From IMG/VR virus record IMGVR_UViG_2531839402_000001: a stretch of DNA of 46,987 nucleotides; one strand, written 5' to 3'. Position numbers and translations under genes: made by a program. The stretch's first letter is position 1, and every line of letters begins with the position of its first letter. The notes below the pieces were generated by a model. It saw only the letters and a list, made by a program, of their open reading frames with translations. It was not told where the DNA came from and did no database searches. Positions 27,943-37,226 of the stretch are shown piece by piece. Origin of the DNA: a virus (taxonomy: Duplodnaviria; Heunggongvirae; Uroviricota; Caudoviricetes).

Positions 27943-28821
27943 TTAAATTTTGACGTTAGTCAGCGCCGCGATAGCTTTATCGTGCTTATTGGCCAGAGAG
28001 CAGTACCACTTCACACGAGTACGTACTGCGTCTTTGTTCTGAACAGTACCGATGTTTTCCACAACGATACCGGCGTTTTCGCCGCCGTACAGACCAGTTA
28101 CACCGTTTTCTTCAGAAAGGTGCAGACAGTAGATATCCGCTTTGGTGGAGTCCGCAACCGGAATGAAGTCGTTTACGATAAACGGAACGCCGTTATGGCA
28201 CAGCATTGGTCGACCGAAGTTTTCCATCATGATTTCGGACGGGCCTACGTTTACAGTACGCAGCAACGCACGATATGCACGAAGATGCTCAGAACGCATC
28301 ATGATGCAGTCTGCGCCCAGATCTTTAACTGCGTCGACCAGTTCGTCGAACATGGAGAAAGTCATGGAAGCGCCGGAGATGTCGATTTTCTGATCGTCAT
28401 GCATCAGCTTCGGAATACCGTCGAAGGCTTTGTTGTTGGTGGTGGAGTCGCCAACAATCAGATTGCGACGGAAGGCACGAGCCAGGCCTTTGACTTTCTG
28501 ACGAACCTGGATAGCCAGCTGGTTGTTAGTATCAGCCATAGTGGTAGCCAGGAACTTATCGACGTCAACGTCGCCAGCCAGAATGCGCAGCTTCGCAACT
28601 TTCTCTTCGAAGGTTGCTGCACCTTCGGTGATGGTGTCGTTCACATCAATGAAAGTAGCTTCGCTCAGGGTTTTTTCGCGGTTATACAGATATGCCTTCG
28701 AATTGATCTTCATGAAAGGCAGGACGGCGAACAGGTCGTCACGATCGATAATGGTCTCGATCACGCCCTGTTCAAGCTCGTTATTAGACAACTTTTCAGC
28801 TTCTTCACGCAGTAATGGCAT
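27943..28821 (-). CDS. Major capsid protein (HK97-fold, no delta domain), 292 aa
   Basis: Follows the scaffold; EQGVIETII...LPF, ILAGDVDVDKF, GD......FDG and RTRVKWY.SLA pattern; followed by a strong terminator. Confidence 0.9.
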   Translation of the reverse strand: MPLLREEAEKLSNNELEQGVIETIIDRDDLFAVLPFMKINSKAYLYNREKTLSEATFIDVNDTITEGAATFEEKVAKLRILAGDVDVDKFLATTMADTNNQLAIQVRQKVKGLARAFRRNLIVGDSTTNNKAFDGIPKLMHDDQKIDISGASMTFSMFDELVDAVKDLGADCIMMRSEHLRAYRALLRTVNVGPSEIMMENFGRPMLCHNGVPFIVNDFIPVADSTKADIYCLHLSEENGVTGLYGGENAGIVVENIGTVQNKDAVRTRVKWYCSLANKHDKAIAALTNVKI

Positions 28822-28847
28822 CTTTCATTTCCCTATGATTTAAGATG

Positions 28848-29747
28848 TTACTTGATTCCGATTTTCCCTAAACCGGCAGTCAACTTATCCATTGTCGACT
28901 TGTTCTTCGGCTGGGTTACTTTGTGGGTCGGTTTACTAATTGAACCAGCACCCTGCTTAGCTTCGCTGCGCAATAAAGCGTCAGCTTCCGGATCTGCACG
29001 TAAAATACGCTCAATCGCGGATTCGAACGGTAACGGCTTACCTTCACCGTCAACCAGAACAGCACGCTCTTTCTGACCTGCCGGCTTGTCATAGCCAACG
29101 ACGTTACCGTCTTCACCCACTTCGAAATGAGAGCCGTAGATAACGCGGGCCTTAGCCGGAGTCATCAGAACTTTTTCACGCAGGAAGTTGGAGCCAGAAA
29201 AGGAAGCGCCAACGGTCATTTCAACCAGTTGGGCTTTCAGTGCGGCGTTTTCGCTCTCCAGAGCAGAAAAACGTTCGTCACGTTGAGCCATCTCTGCCTG
29301 GTGAGCTTCAATCATTTGCTTTTTCACAGCATCGAATTCACCGCGGCGTTCCAGTTCAGCTTGCTCCGCCTCACGACGTGCGTTTTCTGCGGCTTGCTCC
29401 GCTTCAAGAAGCTGGCGTGCTCGTGTCGGATCGATATCACCGTACTGAGCCAGCTGATCGGCCATGGCACGCTCTTTTTCCTTGCGTTTCATGTTCTCTT
29501 TCAGCAGGTCAGCACCGGCTTTCTTGGATTTACGCAATTCAGCGAGCAACTCTTCCTGAGTCATCCCTCCGAATTCATCGTCTTCGATTTTCGGCTGATC
29601 CTTCTGCTCGCCGTTCTGCTTACCAGATTCCTGGCTGCCCTGCTCTTCTGCACCAGCAGGAGTACCAGCGCCTGCGCCACCACGTTCATGTGACTCGGCG
29701 ACATCCATGAGGCCACGACGGGCCATTAGCATTTGCCACAGATTCAT
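28848..29747 (-). CDS. Capsid scaffolding protein, 299 aa
   Basis: Highly charged coiled coil between portal and MCP; low-complexity N-terminus. Confidence 0.82.
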   Translation of the reverse strand: MNLWQMLMARRGLMDVAESHERGGAGAGTPAGAEEQGSQESGKQNGEQKDQPKIEDDEFGGMTQEELLAELRKSKKAGADLLKENMKRKEKERAMADQLAQYGDIDPTRARQLLEAEQAAENARREAEQAELERRGEFDAVKKQMIEAHQAEMAQRDERFSALESENAALKAQLVEMTVGASFSGSNFLREKVLMTPAKARVIYGSHFEVGEDGNVVGYDKPAGQKERAVLVDGEGKPLPFESAIERILRADPEADALLRSEAKQGAGSISKPTHKVTQPKNKSTMDKLTAGLGKIGIK

Positions 29748-29769
29748 AAAAATTCCTTTTAATTACTTA

Positions 29770-31344
29770 TCACTCGGTTGCTTGAGTTGATGAGTTCCCA
29801 TTCCCTTGGGATAGATCTTGTCCGCTCTCTTGGGCTGTACCACGATGATAAGTAAGTACTGACTTATTTTCAAGGGTGTTAAGAGCATTTTTTGGCGGAA
29901 AATTCAAGAGATCTTTCTCAAATTCTTTCTGCATCGCGGCCGAAATATTCGGGAAGATTTTCTCAATGAGCATTTCCATCTGATATCGACGCACAGAGTC
30001 CGGTGCTTCCAGCAGCCCAAGTTTCTCGGCAACGGCAAATTCATCCGTCAGACCGCGGATATCAAAGCTCTCAGGATAGGCAATCAGCGAATGCTCCTCA
30101 TCGAGATCGACCCCCATCCACTTCGCCACCAAAAACATCATCTGGCGTTCAGCCCGCTCAAGACGCTCGGCTTTAGTAATAAGCAAACTATTAACCCGCT
30201 GGAAGTCATATAACTTGGCGGCCCCGGATGAATTATCGATCCCCTTAGCGTTATCCTGCTTTGTTCGCTCACCAGCGACCCCAACGGAGTGGTAGATCTC
30301 ATTAATCACTGTCTGGATAGTGGTGATGATCATCTGAGCTTGCTTAGGGTCTGGCGACAAATAGAAAGGCTGGTTGCCACTTTCCGAGTCATAGGTGAAG
30401 ACGCGTTTTGTCCCCATTTCCATTACCTTTGTATGGTTCTCATCACCTGGCAGGAGAGACTGAACAGGAATGGCCAGTTGGCTGAACGTCTGATCCTGAA
30501 TAATGGCGTCAAGGTTCGACAGATAGTTGGCCACCGCACGGTCAAGGTAGGCGATATCATCAATAAGCGACGGGCTAAAATACGGCGATTCGCTCTCCCC
30601 TATGCAATCAACAGGAAACACAGGTACAACGCCAAGCTTGTGTTCGCCTTTATCTTCAAGCACAACTTTTGCGGTCCGACGGCCGGCACTCCCGGCGCCT
30701 TTCTTAACCTCTTCCCGGAAGAGAAACCACTCGTTACGTGTCCAGAGACGATAACGCTGAAACTCCTGGCCAGATGAGGTGAAAGGATCTTCATCATCGC
30801 GCGCCACTTCGACAATTAGCGCCCAGATCAAATTGCCGTCATCGTCCCACGCCATATCCAACATCTGCTGCGGAGAAATCCAGTAGGCATAGGCACGAAC
30901 ATCCTTCTTCTTCTCGTCAGCGACGGATTCTGCGTCACTATCCATCGTGCTATCGACCACCACCCAGACACGGCCATAGATGGAGGACTGGAGGTCAAGC
31001 GCTGACATAAAGCCATCGATGGAAACATTCTGTCGTGTCGCGCGTTTCCAGAATTTCTGAATTGGCTCAGGCGCTTCCTCAACATTCCGATGGATATCCT
31101 CTTTGAAGAGATATTTATTAATCAGGTTCACCACTTCCCTGGTGTGATTGAAGCGGTAGGCGCGTTCCAGGCGCTCCTTGAACTCCTGATCACCTTCTTT
31201 GAAGTATCGGAAAATGTTGTCATCGAACCAGGCACGCCCGCCAGCGTATGTGCTGGCGAGGAAATCCCAGTGCTCTTTTTTCTTTTTATATTCGGGGTGG
31301 CGTCTTGCCACAAGATCCTTAATTTGCTTATCAGTCAATTCCAT
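29770..31344 (-). CDS. Portal protein, 524 aa
   Basis: Immediately after terL; HPEY...W.FL..TY.GG start and SG.AK..DF..N motif; size typical of portals. Confidence 0.9.
   Translation of the reverse strand: MELTDKQIKDLVARRHPEYKKKKEHWDFLASTYAGGRAWFDDNIFRYFKEGDQEFKERLERAYRFNHTREVVNLINKYLFKEDIHRNVEEAPEPIQKFWKRATRQNVSIDGFMSALDLQSSIYGRVWVVVDSTMDSDAESVADEKKKDVRAYAYWISPQQMLDMAWDDDGNLIWALIVEVARDDEDPFTSSGQEFQRYRLWTRNEWFLFREEVKKGAGSAGRRTAKVVLEDKGEHKLGVVPVFPVDCIGESESPYFSPSLIDDIAYLDRAVANYLSNLDAIIQDQTFSQLAIPVQSLLPGDENHTKVMEMGTKRVFTYDSESGNQPFYLSPDPKQAQMIITTIQTVINEIYHSVGVAGERTKQDNAKGIDNSSGAAKLYDFQRVNSLLITKAERLERAERQMMFLVAKWMGVDLDEEHSLIAYPESFDIRGLTDEFAVAEKLGLLEAPDSVRRYQMEMLIEKIFPNISAAMQKEFEKDLLNFPPKNALNTLENKSVLTYHRGTAQESGQDLSQGNGNSSTQATE
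29845..29873 (-). promoter_or_regulatory. Sigma70-like promoter for scaffold/MCP inside the portal 3' end, with the late dyad in its spacer
   Basis: Minus strand TTGAAA-ATAAGTCAGTACTTACT(17 nt)-TATCAT. Confidence 0.7.
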
Positions 31345-31360
31345 TTGCTTTTCTTCCTTG

Positions 31361-31380
31361 ATAGGTAAGTACTTACTTAT
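31361..31380. promoter_or_regulatory. Late-type dyad operator at the terL/portal junction
   Basis: ATAGGTAAG-TA-CTTACTTAT. Confidence 0.65.
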
Positions 31381-32633
31381 CTTGAGCCACCAAGAATAAC
31401 ACGATTTTTCACGGGATACCTACGATGAACCGGGTAGCCCAGGGCATCCGCACTGTGCTCAATCCCCCCGCTCTTATCCATATCGCGAGAGCCTGGTTTG
31501 TAGATAACTTTCTCCAGTGAATCGATGAGATGTTTGCACTTAGGGTCGATATACAAACGAGTTTCGCCAGAGGCGCTCATCAACATGCGGTTCACTGAGT
31601 TCACACGATCAGCAATCGGTGGGTGCTTTTTCGGATAATCAACACGCAGAAAGCCCTTCTCCTTGAAGATGTCGATGTCCGATTCCCCACGAGCGTGCTG
31701 ACGATAGGCGCCGGCCGGGTCTGGGAAAATAGTGACTTGCGATTTCCACCGCCAGAAGCGACGCTCCAGCTCATCGCACACTTCTGCCGTATTCGACGAA
31801 AACAAGACAAGCTCATCCACTGCCCACAGCTCCCCATTCGGTTGTGGCTGCAGGATGACCGACGACATTGGATCAATGTTGAAGTCCTGGCCTACCCACA
31901 CCGGTAATTTAGGATTGAACTGCAGCGGCTTAACGTGAACGCTACGATCGAACGGGTAATATACGCGCCCAGACATGTTTTCGAAGCTGGCTAGGTACTC
32001 CTGTGCGAACGACTTAGGGTCCATATCGTTCTTGGCTGCCTCGATTTCTGCCGTCGGAACGAATGGTGAATCAGCGGTTACAAACTGCCAGCTTTTCCAC
32101 TGACCTTTACGTTGCAGCTCTTTGTTCTGCCCGATAGTCCATAGTTTGTGGAATTCGGAGAACCCTTTCGGCGTACCGATGATCAGCGCGCCCCCGCGGG
32201 TGGATGACAATGTCGGACGGAGAACCTTGTACCAGGTGTCTGGCTTCATATCCTGGAACTCGTCGAGCACAACGAAATGCAGCGCAACACCACGAAGCGT
32301 ATCCGGTTTATCTGCGCCTTTAAGCGCGATCTCCGAACCGTTTTTCAACACGATGGTCATCGTGGTGTCGTTCTTCTTCCGAATCCACTTACGCGGCAGA
32401 ACTTCCTGCAGATCATCCCACAAAATCTGGCGCGCCATTTGATAGGTCGGCGCGACGTACCAAACTCGTTGTTTTCTTTCCTTAGCGGCAGCGCGAATGA
32501 TGGTTGAGATCGACAGCCTCGATTTACCCCAACGTCGTCCGGCGCACACCACTTTGAAACGATGTGGCGACTGGAAGACTTGCATCTGCCCGGAGTGCAG
32601 TTGTACGAGACTTAGAGACGACGGGATGGACAT
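31377..32633 (-). CDS. terL: Terminase large subunit
   Basis: Walker A VCAGRRWGKS, LKGAD, Walker B VVLDEF, IIGTPKG, RNase H-like GQDFN and HSADALGY. Confidence 0.96.
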   Translation of the reverse strand: MSIPSSLSLVQLHSGQMQVFQSPHRFKVVCAGRRWGKSRLSISTIIRAAAKERKQRVWYVAPTYQMARQILWDDLQEVLPRKWIRKKNDTTMTIVLKNGSEIALKGADKPDTLRGVALHFVVLDEFQDMKPDTWYKVLRPTLSSTRGGALIIGTPKGFSEFHKLWTIGQNKELQRKGQWKSWQFVTADSPFVPTAEIEAAKNDMDPKSFAQEYLASFENMSGRVYYPFDRSVHVKPLQFNPKLPVWVGQDFNIDPMSSVILQPQPNGELWAVDELVLFSSNTAEVCDELERRFWRWKSQVTIFPDPAGAYRQHARGESDIDIFKEKGFLRVDYPKKHPPIADRVNSVNRMLMSASGETRLYIDPKCKHLIDSLEKVIYKPGSRDMDKSGGIEHSADALGYPVHRRYPVKNRVILGGSR

Positions 32634-32635
32634 GG

Positions 32636-33277
32636 TTATGCATCTCCATCATCGTCTTCGCCCGATGCGTCAAAATCGCTCTCAGCTTCGCTCAGCGCTT
32701 CTTCTTCGAGTGATTCCAACAGATCGTCATCAATCACTTCGGGCTCATCATCTTCCTTGCGCAGCTGGGCCACCTGTGACGGCGTTAGCTCGCCAAAGAC
32801 AAGGTTCGGAATATCTTCTTCACCGCCTTCTTCTTTCTCCATGCCCAAGGCCTTGGAGGAAATTTCGAAGCACTTAGCCAGCGTGCCGCTGGCGCGCTGC
32901 AGGCTTTTAAGATCGTCCTCAATCGAGGCCAGTGGCTTACCTTCGCGCTTTGCTGTAGTGACCTCGACCATCACCATCTGACCAAGGGCATACGCCCAGC
33001 CGTCATAGCGTGTCCGGCGGTCTTCTATCTTTTCGGCACGGGCTTTAGCGCGCAGTTCTGCATCGGACTTGAGAGACTCGCGCACCATCTTCCCAACAGA
33101 GTCGGCGCCTTTCTCTAATCCACGCTTTTTGAAGTGTCTGGAAAGCGTTTCACGACGGATGCCGTACTCTTCTTCCAGTTTTGAGAGCGTATACTCGCCC
33201 GAAGTCCATTTCGCTTCGGCTTCCGCCCATTCAGCCGGAGTCAGGCGAGTTTTGCTCTCGTCTTTTTCGACAGTCAT
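32636..33277 (-). CDS. terS: Terminase small subunit (N-terminal HTH, acidic C-terminus), 213 aa
   Basis: Directly upstream of terL; W..GEYTLSKLEEEYGIRRETLSRHFKKRG HTH; helical core. Confidence 0.8.
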   Translation of the reverse strand: MTVEKDESKTRLTPAEWAEAEAKWTSGEYTLSKLEEEYGIRRETLSRHFKKRGLEKGADSVGKMVRESLKSDAELRAKARAEKIEDRRTRYDGWAYALGQMVMVEVTTAKREGKPLASIEDDLKSLQRASGTLAKCFEISSKALGMEKEEGGEEDIPNLVFGELTPSQVAQLRKEDDEPEVIDDDLLESLEEEALSEAESDFDASGEDDDGDA

Positions 33278-33452
33278 AGATCCCTCTAAAACACACACAG
33301 AGCGCTTCCTTGCGCTCTTAAACAATTTGTTTTCTGGTTGTATTAATTAGGTCTGGGGAATCTGTTTGAGAGCCTGCTTCCGTATATATTTAATAAGTGA
33401 CTTATTAGTTATATATACAGACGCAGGCTGTTAATCTGACTCCCAGACCAAC

Positions 33453-33719
33453 TTACATCACCAGTAACTTGGCTCTGGCTCGACCTAATGTTGTCAGTCC
33501 CAAAGTTCGACGCTGGTAGCCAGAATCCTCTCGCGGCCGGCAGTCGTGCTTTTCGACCAAACCTTTCTTGATCAGTGCGCGCAGGGAGAATTGCATAGAC
33601 TGCTTTGTCGTCCGGTAAGGCAGCACTTCCAGCAGCTCGTCCAGATCGAGCAAATGGCCACGTTCATGGCCTAAGTTGATGGTCTTAATGATGTCTTTCT
33701 GTTTATCAGTCAGTGTCAT
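33453..33719 (-). CDS. Small winged-helix DNA-binding protein, candidate late-gene regulator, 88 aa
   Basis: LTDKQKDII...LDLDELLE.L...TTKQSMQFSLRALIKKGLVEK....RR.LGLTTLGR is a classic wHTH pattern; AAGGA RBS. Confidence 0.8.
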   Translation of the reverse strand: MTLTDKQKDIIKTINLGHERGHLLDLDELLEVLPYRTTKQSMQFSLRALIKKGLVEKHDCRPREDSGYQRRTLGLTTLGRARAKLLVM

Positions 33720-33728
33720 GGCAAATCC

Positions 33729-34619
33729 TTATGCCGGTAACGCAATATCCAGTGGTGCATTCAGCGGTTGTTTATCAAAAGCCAGCAGTGGCAGTGTGTC
33801 AGGCAGCTGGCGACCAAAATCAGGGTTGCGATAAACCCCATAGAGCGGTGAAGTGAAGCTCAGGTTGTGAATATCCTTGAGCAGTTTCACGATGCTGGCC
33901 TCATCCACCAGGCTATCCGCGATATCCTGAATGGTAGTGCCACGGTTGCGGCCTGCTTTTGCCAGAGAACTATTCTTGTGATAGTCCGCCACCAGATCTC
34001 GCAGAGCGCGGCGGCGGCGTGAATCAGTCATCGCAAACAGCTCTTTCACAATCGCTTCGTTGTCGCCGGGATCAGAACGAAAATGGCGCTGAAAGACGCG
34101 AAGCGCGCTTTCGTAGCTCTTCGGACGTTCAGGACGGATGAAGCAAAACCCTGCTTTCATGGCAAACGGGTTATATTTGCTCATCGACGACTGGATCTCG
34201 ATGATTGGCCGGTCATGCATCCTGCTAACCAGATTAATCATGCGATACGATACCCCGACGCCACGATACTGGGTGTCCACTACAGAGCGGCTTATCACAG
34301 CGAAGTTGTTGTTTACGTAGCGTCCCCAGTACTGATTTGCCACGGTGGTGTTGGTTGTGGGTTTCAGCTTTGGAAACATGCGATGCCGCGGCGCCAGCAG
34401 CAGTTTAGGGAAGGCCATAACTACAACGCCTACCAACCGACCATCAAGCTCACAACGGTAGTAGGTAGGGGCGAACGGCTTCCCATCTGTCTTGTAGTGA
34501 AGCGACTTAAGCGCGTGCCAGTCTTCAACCGTCCCCCTGGTGACGGTCATGCGCTCAAGAAAGTCCAGATGGCGCGGGAACTCCTCCGGGCGATACCGTT
34601 TAATGATGATGTCAGTCAT
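33729..34619 (-). CDS. GNAT-fold acetyltransferase-like protein (ABC-ATPase-associated type), 296 aa
   Basis: W..L..LHY, GRLVGVVV, acyl-CoA motif ISRSVVDTQYRGVGVS, NPFAMKAGF; C-terminal helical extension. Confidence 0.8.
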   Translation of the reverse strand: MTDIIIKRYRPEEFPRHLDFLERMTVTRGTVEDWHALKSLHYKTDGKPFAPTYYRCELDGRLVGVVVMAFPKLLLAPRHRMFPKLKPTTNTTVANQYWGRYVNNNFAVISRSVVDTQYRGVGVSYRMINLVSRMHDRPIIEIQSSMSKYNPFAMKAGFCFIRPERPKSYESALRVFQRHFRSDPGDNEAIVKELFAMTDSRRRRALRDLVADYHKNSSLAKAGRNRGTTIQDIADSLVDEASIVKLLKDIHNLSFTSPLYGVYRNPDFGRQLPDTLPLLAFDKQPLNAPLDIALPA

Positions 34620-35167
34620 CGCATCACCACCTTACGATTGCAAAAACCGCCACGGCAGATAGTGGATGCTGGACGAGTCACGATTCCCTCGATCGCAGGC
34701 AGTCCACCAGCTTTCTTGTCGGCCATAAACTGTAGTCGGGAACGATTGAACTCTTCCGCGATATAACCCTGCAGGTAGGTCAATGCCTCCTGATCATGGA
34801 GCTGCACGCCGTGATATTCTGCGGTCATCAGCGCCACGTGTAGCGCCTCATGCCAGTAGACTGTTTCATCGTAATTTTCTGGCAGGTAGACGCAATGAAG
34901 CATCGTGTCGGCCTGAACATAGCCCAGCGTTGTCACCATGCCGCCAACCCCATATACGAACTCGCTTTCATCGAGGCCGTAGAGCTGTTTTATCGTCTCG
35001 ACATAACGTCTTTCACCAAAGACGACACAGCAGCGATTGAAATACGGGGTAACGCGAAAACCATACGCGCCATGAGCACGAAGCCAATCACGCCATTCGG
35101 CTTCTGTAGTCCAGCGGCGGCGCAGATCTGGGCCCTCATAAATCGGGAAAGTCTTTTTAATCTGCAT
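34616..35167 (-). CDS. HExxH protein, putative zincin-like metallopeptidase, 183 aa
   Basis: YWHEALH followed by QEALTYLQGYI (candidate third ligand Glu); overlaps both neighbouring genes. Confidence 0.65.
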   Translation of the reverse strand: MQIKKTFPIYEGPDLRRRWTTEAEWRDWLRAHGAYGFRVTPYFNRCCVVFGERRYVETIKQLYGLDESEFVYGVGGMVTTLGYVQADTMLHCVYLPENYDETVYWHEALHVALMTAEYHGVQLHDQEALTYLQGYIAEEFNRSRLQFMADKKAGGLPAIEGIVTRPASTICRGGFCNRKVVMR

Positions 35168-35798
35168 AATCAACCTTCACTCGCTCCTTGTAGTGCTTGG
35201 TGATTTGCATGTTCGGCCGCAGTGCATTTTTCAGGTCTTCGTGAGTCGTTGCGACCATTACTGTTGCCCCTACCTTTCGCGCGGCGCGCTGCAGGTTAGA
35301 GGCAACAACCTGGGCAGTGACACGATCAAGAACTGCGCCAAATTCATCCGCAGCCCATACCTTCGCGCCCGACTCAATAAGCTTGGCGATCTTGAGCCGG
35401 TATTTCTGGCCATCCGACATTTCAGAAGGTTTGCGCACAAAGAGATAGGCATCGTTCAAGCCGGCCATCGAAAGCAGCCCTAACGCTTCGCTGGTAGTTT
35501 TACCCAGCTGGTCGATGACATTGACGTCGTTGTCAAAGGTAAAGTCATCAATGGAGGCGACTGAAAGCCCTTCCTCTTTCATCTGGCGTTGTAGCTCACG
35601 CAGCACGACAGATTTTCCGGAACCTGACTGGCCAGTGATGTAAACCACATCACCCTGCTCAACTTCCAGCTCAAGATTGTCGTAAAGTGTCCAGTCTTTT
35701 TCATCCAAGCCAAGCCCAAACGATTCGGCGATCTCAAGCGTGCGAGTGGTCTTGTTGACACGGGTCTGGAACGATACGTTGATGGTATATGTGCTCAT
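35157..35798 (-). CDS. Soluble ABC-family ATPase (no membrane partner), 213 aa
   Basis: Walker A GQSGSGKS, signature MSDGQ, Walker B/D-loop ADEFGAVLD, H-loop TTHED. Confidence 0.92.
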   Translation of the reverse strand: MSTYTINVSFQTRVNKTTRTLEIAESFGLGLDEKDWTLYDNLELEVEQGDVVYITGQSGSGKSVVLRELQRQMKEEGLSVASIDDFTFDNDVNVIDQLGKTTSEALGLLSMAGLNDAYLFVRKPSEMSDGQKYRLKIAKLIESGAKVWAADEFGAVLDRVTAQVVASNLQRAARKVGATVMVATTHEDLKNALRPNMQITKHYKERVKVDYAD

Positions 35799-36463
35799 GC
35801 TTCGACTCCCTCGGAGGAAACTTTCTGCGCATAAGCAACGAACGCGTCTACACCGCTCTCTCCCGTGATTTCTTCCATGTGGGCGAGCAAATCCCCCACG
35901 ACAATCGCAGAGCCAGCAGGGAGCGTTTTAAAGCCCAGAACATCGACCACTCGAACCTCTTCGGCGGCGACTTCGCGACTGATTTCGGTGTGCTCTTCTT
36001 TCTGGCGCTCGGTTTCCTCCCCCAGATCCATAACCAGTGCGCCAGTATCCATTTCTTCGGTCATGCTACCGACCAGCACGTTCAGCTCACGCTCGTCAAA
36101 GCCGAAGACTTCAACGTCACCAAGTACCAGAGACTCCAGCTCTTTCTGTAACTTAATGGCATCGTAATCAATGCTGGCCAGCCGGTTATCTTCCAGACGC
36201 TTCGCCTTCACTTCTTCATCGGACAGATCGTCGCGAACGATCACCGGCACACTTTTCAGCCCCGCTAAAAGCGCAGCTTCGCGGCGGCCGTGGCCAGTAA
36301 TGATGACATCGTCCTTATCGACAGTGATCGGCTGGTCAAAACCACGCTTTTTTATGGCTGCGGCCAGGTCGCGGATCTGTTGCTCGTCATGCTTTTTGGC
36401 GTTCATTTCATAGGGAATGAGCTCTGCCGGGTCTCGGTAGACGATTTCGAACGTTTTGGTCAT
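35795..36463 (-). CDS. ParB/Srx N-terminal-domain protein 2, 222 aa
   Basis: LIPYEMNAKKH...IKKRGFDQPITVD...IITGHGRREAA...VPV...RLEDNRLA; acidic C-terminal half. Confidence 0.88.
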   Translation of the reverse strand: MTKTFEIVYRDPAELIPYEMNAKKHDEQQIRDLAAAIKKRGFDQPITVDKDDVIITGHGRREAALLAGLKSVPVIVRDDLSDEEVKAKRLEDNRLASIDYDAIKLQKELESLVLGDVEVFGFDERELNVLVGSMTEEMDTGALVMDLGEETERQKEEHTEISREVAAEEVRVVDVLGFKTLPAGSAIVVGDLLAHMEEITGESGVDAFVAYAQKVSSEGVEA

Positions 36464-37143
36464 TAAATACACTCCTTGTAGTTATCGACCAGCCATACCA
36501 GAGCTTCACCAGCATTTTCCATGTCGTTGCCGGTGTTGATCGCCTGCTCTTTGATGATGGATTTGATGGTTTCGGTAACGCGATCAGAAGCGTCAAACGT
36601 CACTTTGAAGCGCATGGTCTGGTGTTCCGCACCAACACGCTCAGCTTTTTCACGAGAGTCCTTCTCAACGGGCTCTTCGTCACCACGCGACAACGCCTCA
36701 AGCATTTCCAGGTCGATTGCCGACTCACGAGCCAGTGTGGCCGCCAGTTCGTCGTCGTAAGGGGCAATTTCCGACAGCTGATAATCGAGTTCGGACTGAA
36801 TTTCCTCGATCAGACGCTGTAATGCGACCTGATCGTCTTCACCGTATCGCTCGTTATCGACCAGAGACATTTGTTTCGCGACCAGATCGCTTATTTTGCC
36901 CACCGATATAACGGGAACCGTGGAAATACCCTGTTCCATAGCGGCTCGCCAGCGATGTTCGCCACCGAGGATCTCAAATAAGCCCCCGTCCAGCTCACGC
37001 GCGAGAATTGGCTTGAAAAAACCCAGTTTTTCGATGGAGCCTTTCAGTTTTTCGAAGTTTTGAGCACCAACCGAGTTGGTGTTCCAGGGATTTGGCCGGA
37101 GTCTGGCCACTTCTACCTGCAGAATGGTAATTTTTACGCCCAT
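36463..37143 (-). CDS. ParB/Srx N-terminal-domain protein 1, about 226 aa (start may be 37167)
   Basis: LRPNPWNTN...SIEKLGFFKPILAR...EILGGEHRWRAA...VPV; TAATG-coupled to the next gene. Confidence 0.88.
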   Translation of the reverse strand: MGVKITILQVEVARLRPNPWNTNSVGAQNFEKLKGSIEKLGFFKPILARELDGGLFEILGGEHRWRAAMEQGISTVPVISVGKISDLVAKQMSLVDNERYGEDDQVALQRLIEEIQSELDYQLSEIAPYDDELAATLARESAIDLEMLEALSRGDEEPVEKDSREKAERVGAEHQTMRFKVTFDASDRVTETIKSIIKEQAINTGNDMENAGEALVWLVDNYKECI

Positions 37144-37165
37144 ACTTTTTGATACAATCCATTGC

Positions 37166-37184
37166 ATAAGTACTTACTTACTAT
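37166..37184 (+). promoter_or_regulatory. Late-type dyad operator/promoter upstream of the helicase, in the divergent interval
   Basis: ATAAG-TA-CTTACT-TACTAT on the plus strand. Confidence 0.65.
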
Positions 37185-37226
37185 TCTAGCCAATTAACAT
37201 ATAAAAGGCACGAAGGAAAGATATTT

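Noticed and set aside
27934-28815. 293-aa plus-strand ORF
   Set aside because: Near-exact antisense of the major capsid gene.
32636-33420. P1-type pac site (TGATCA hexamer cluster) in or near terS
   Set aside because: No such cluster is visible; the packaging initiation site cannot be assigned from this sequence.
35157-35798. ABC transporter
   Set aside because: No permease or substrate-binding gene nearby; the partners are soluble DNA-associated or enzymatic proteins.
35795-37143. Plasmid partition system (parB)
   Set aside because: Two ParB-N paralogues without a ParA or an evident central HTH, embedded in a packaging operon; this fits ParB/Srx accessory proteins better.
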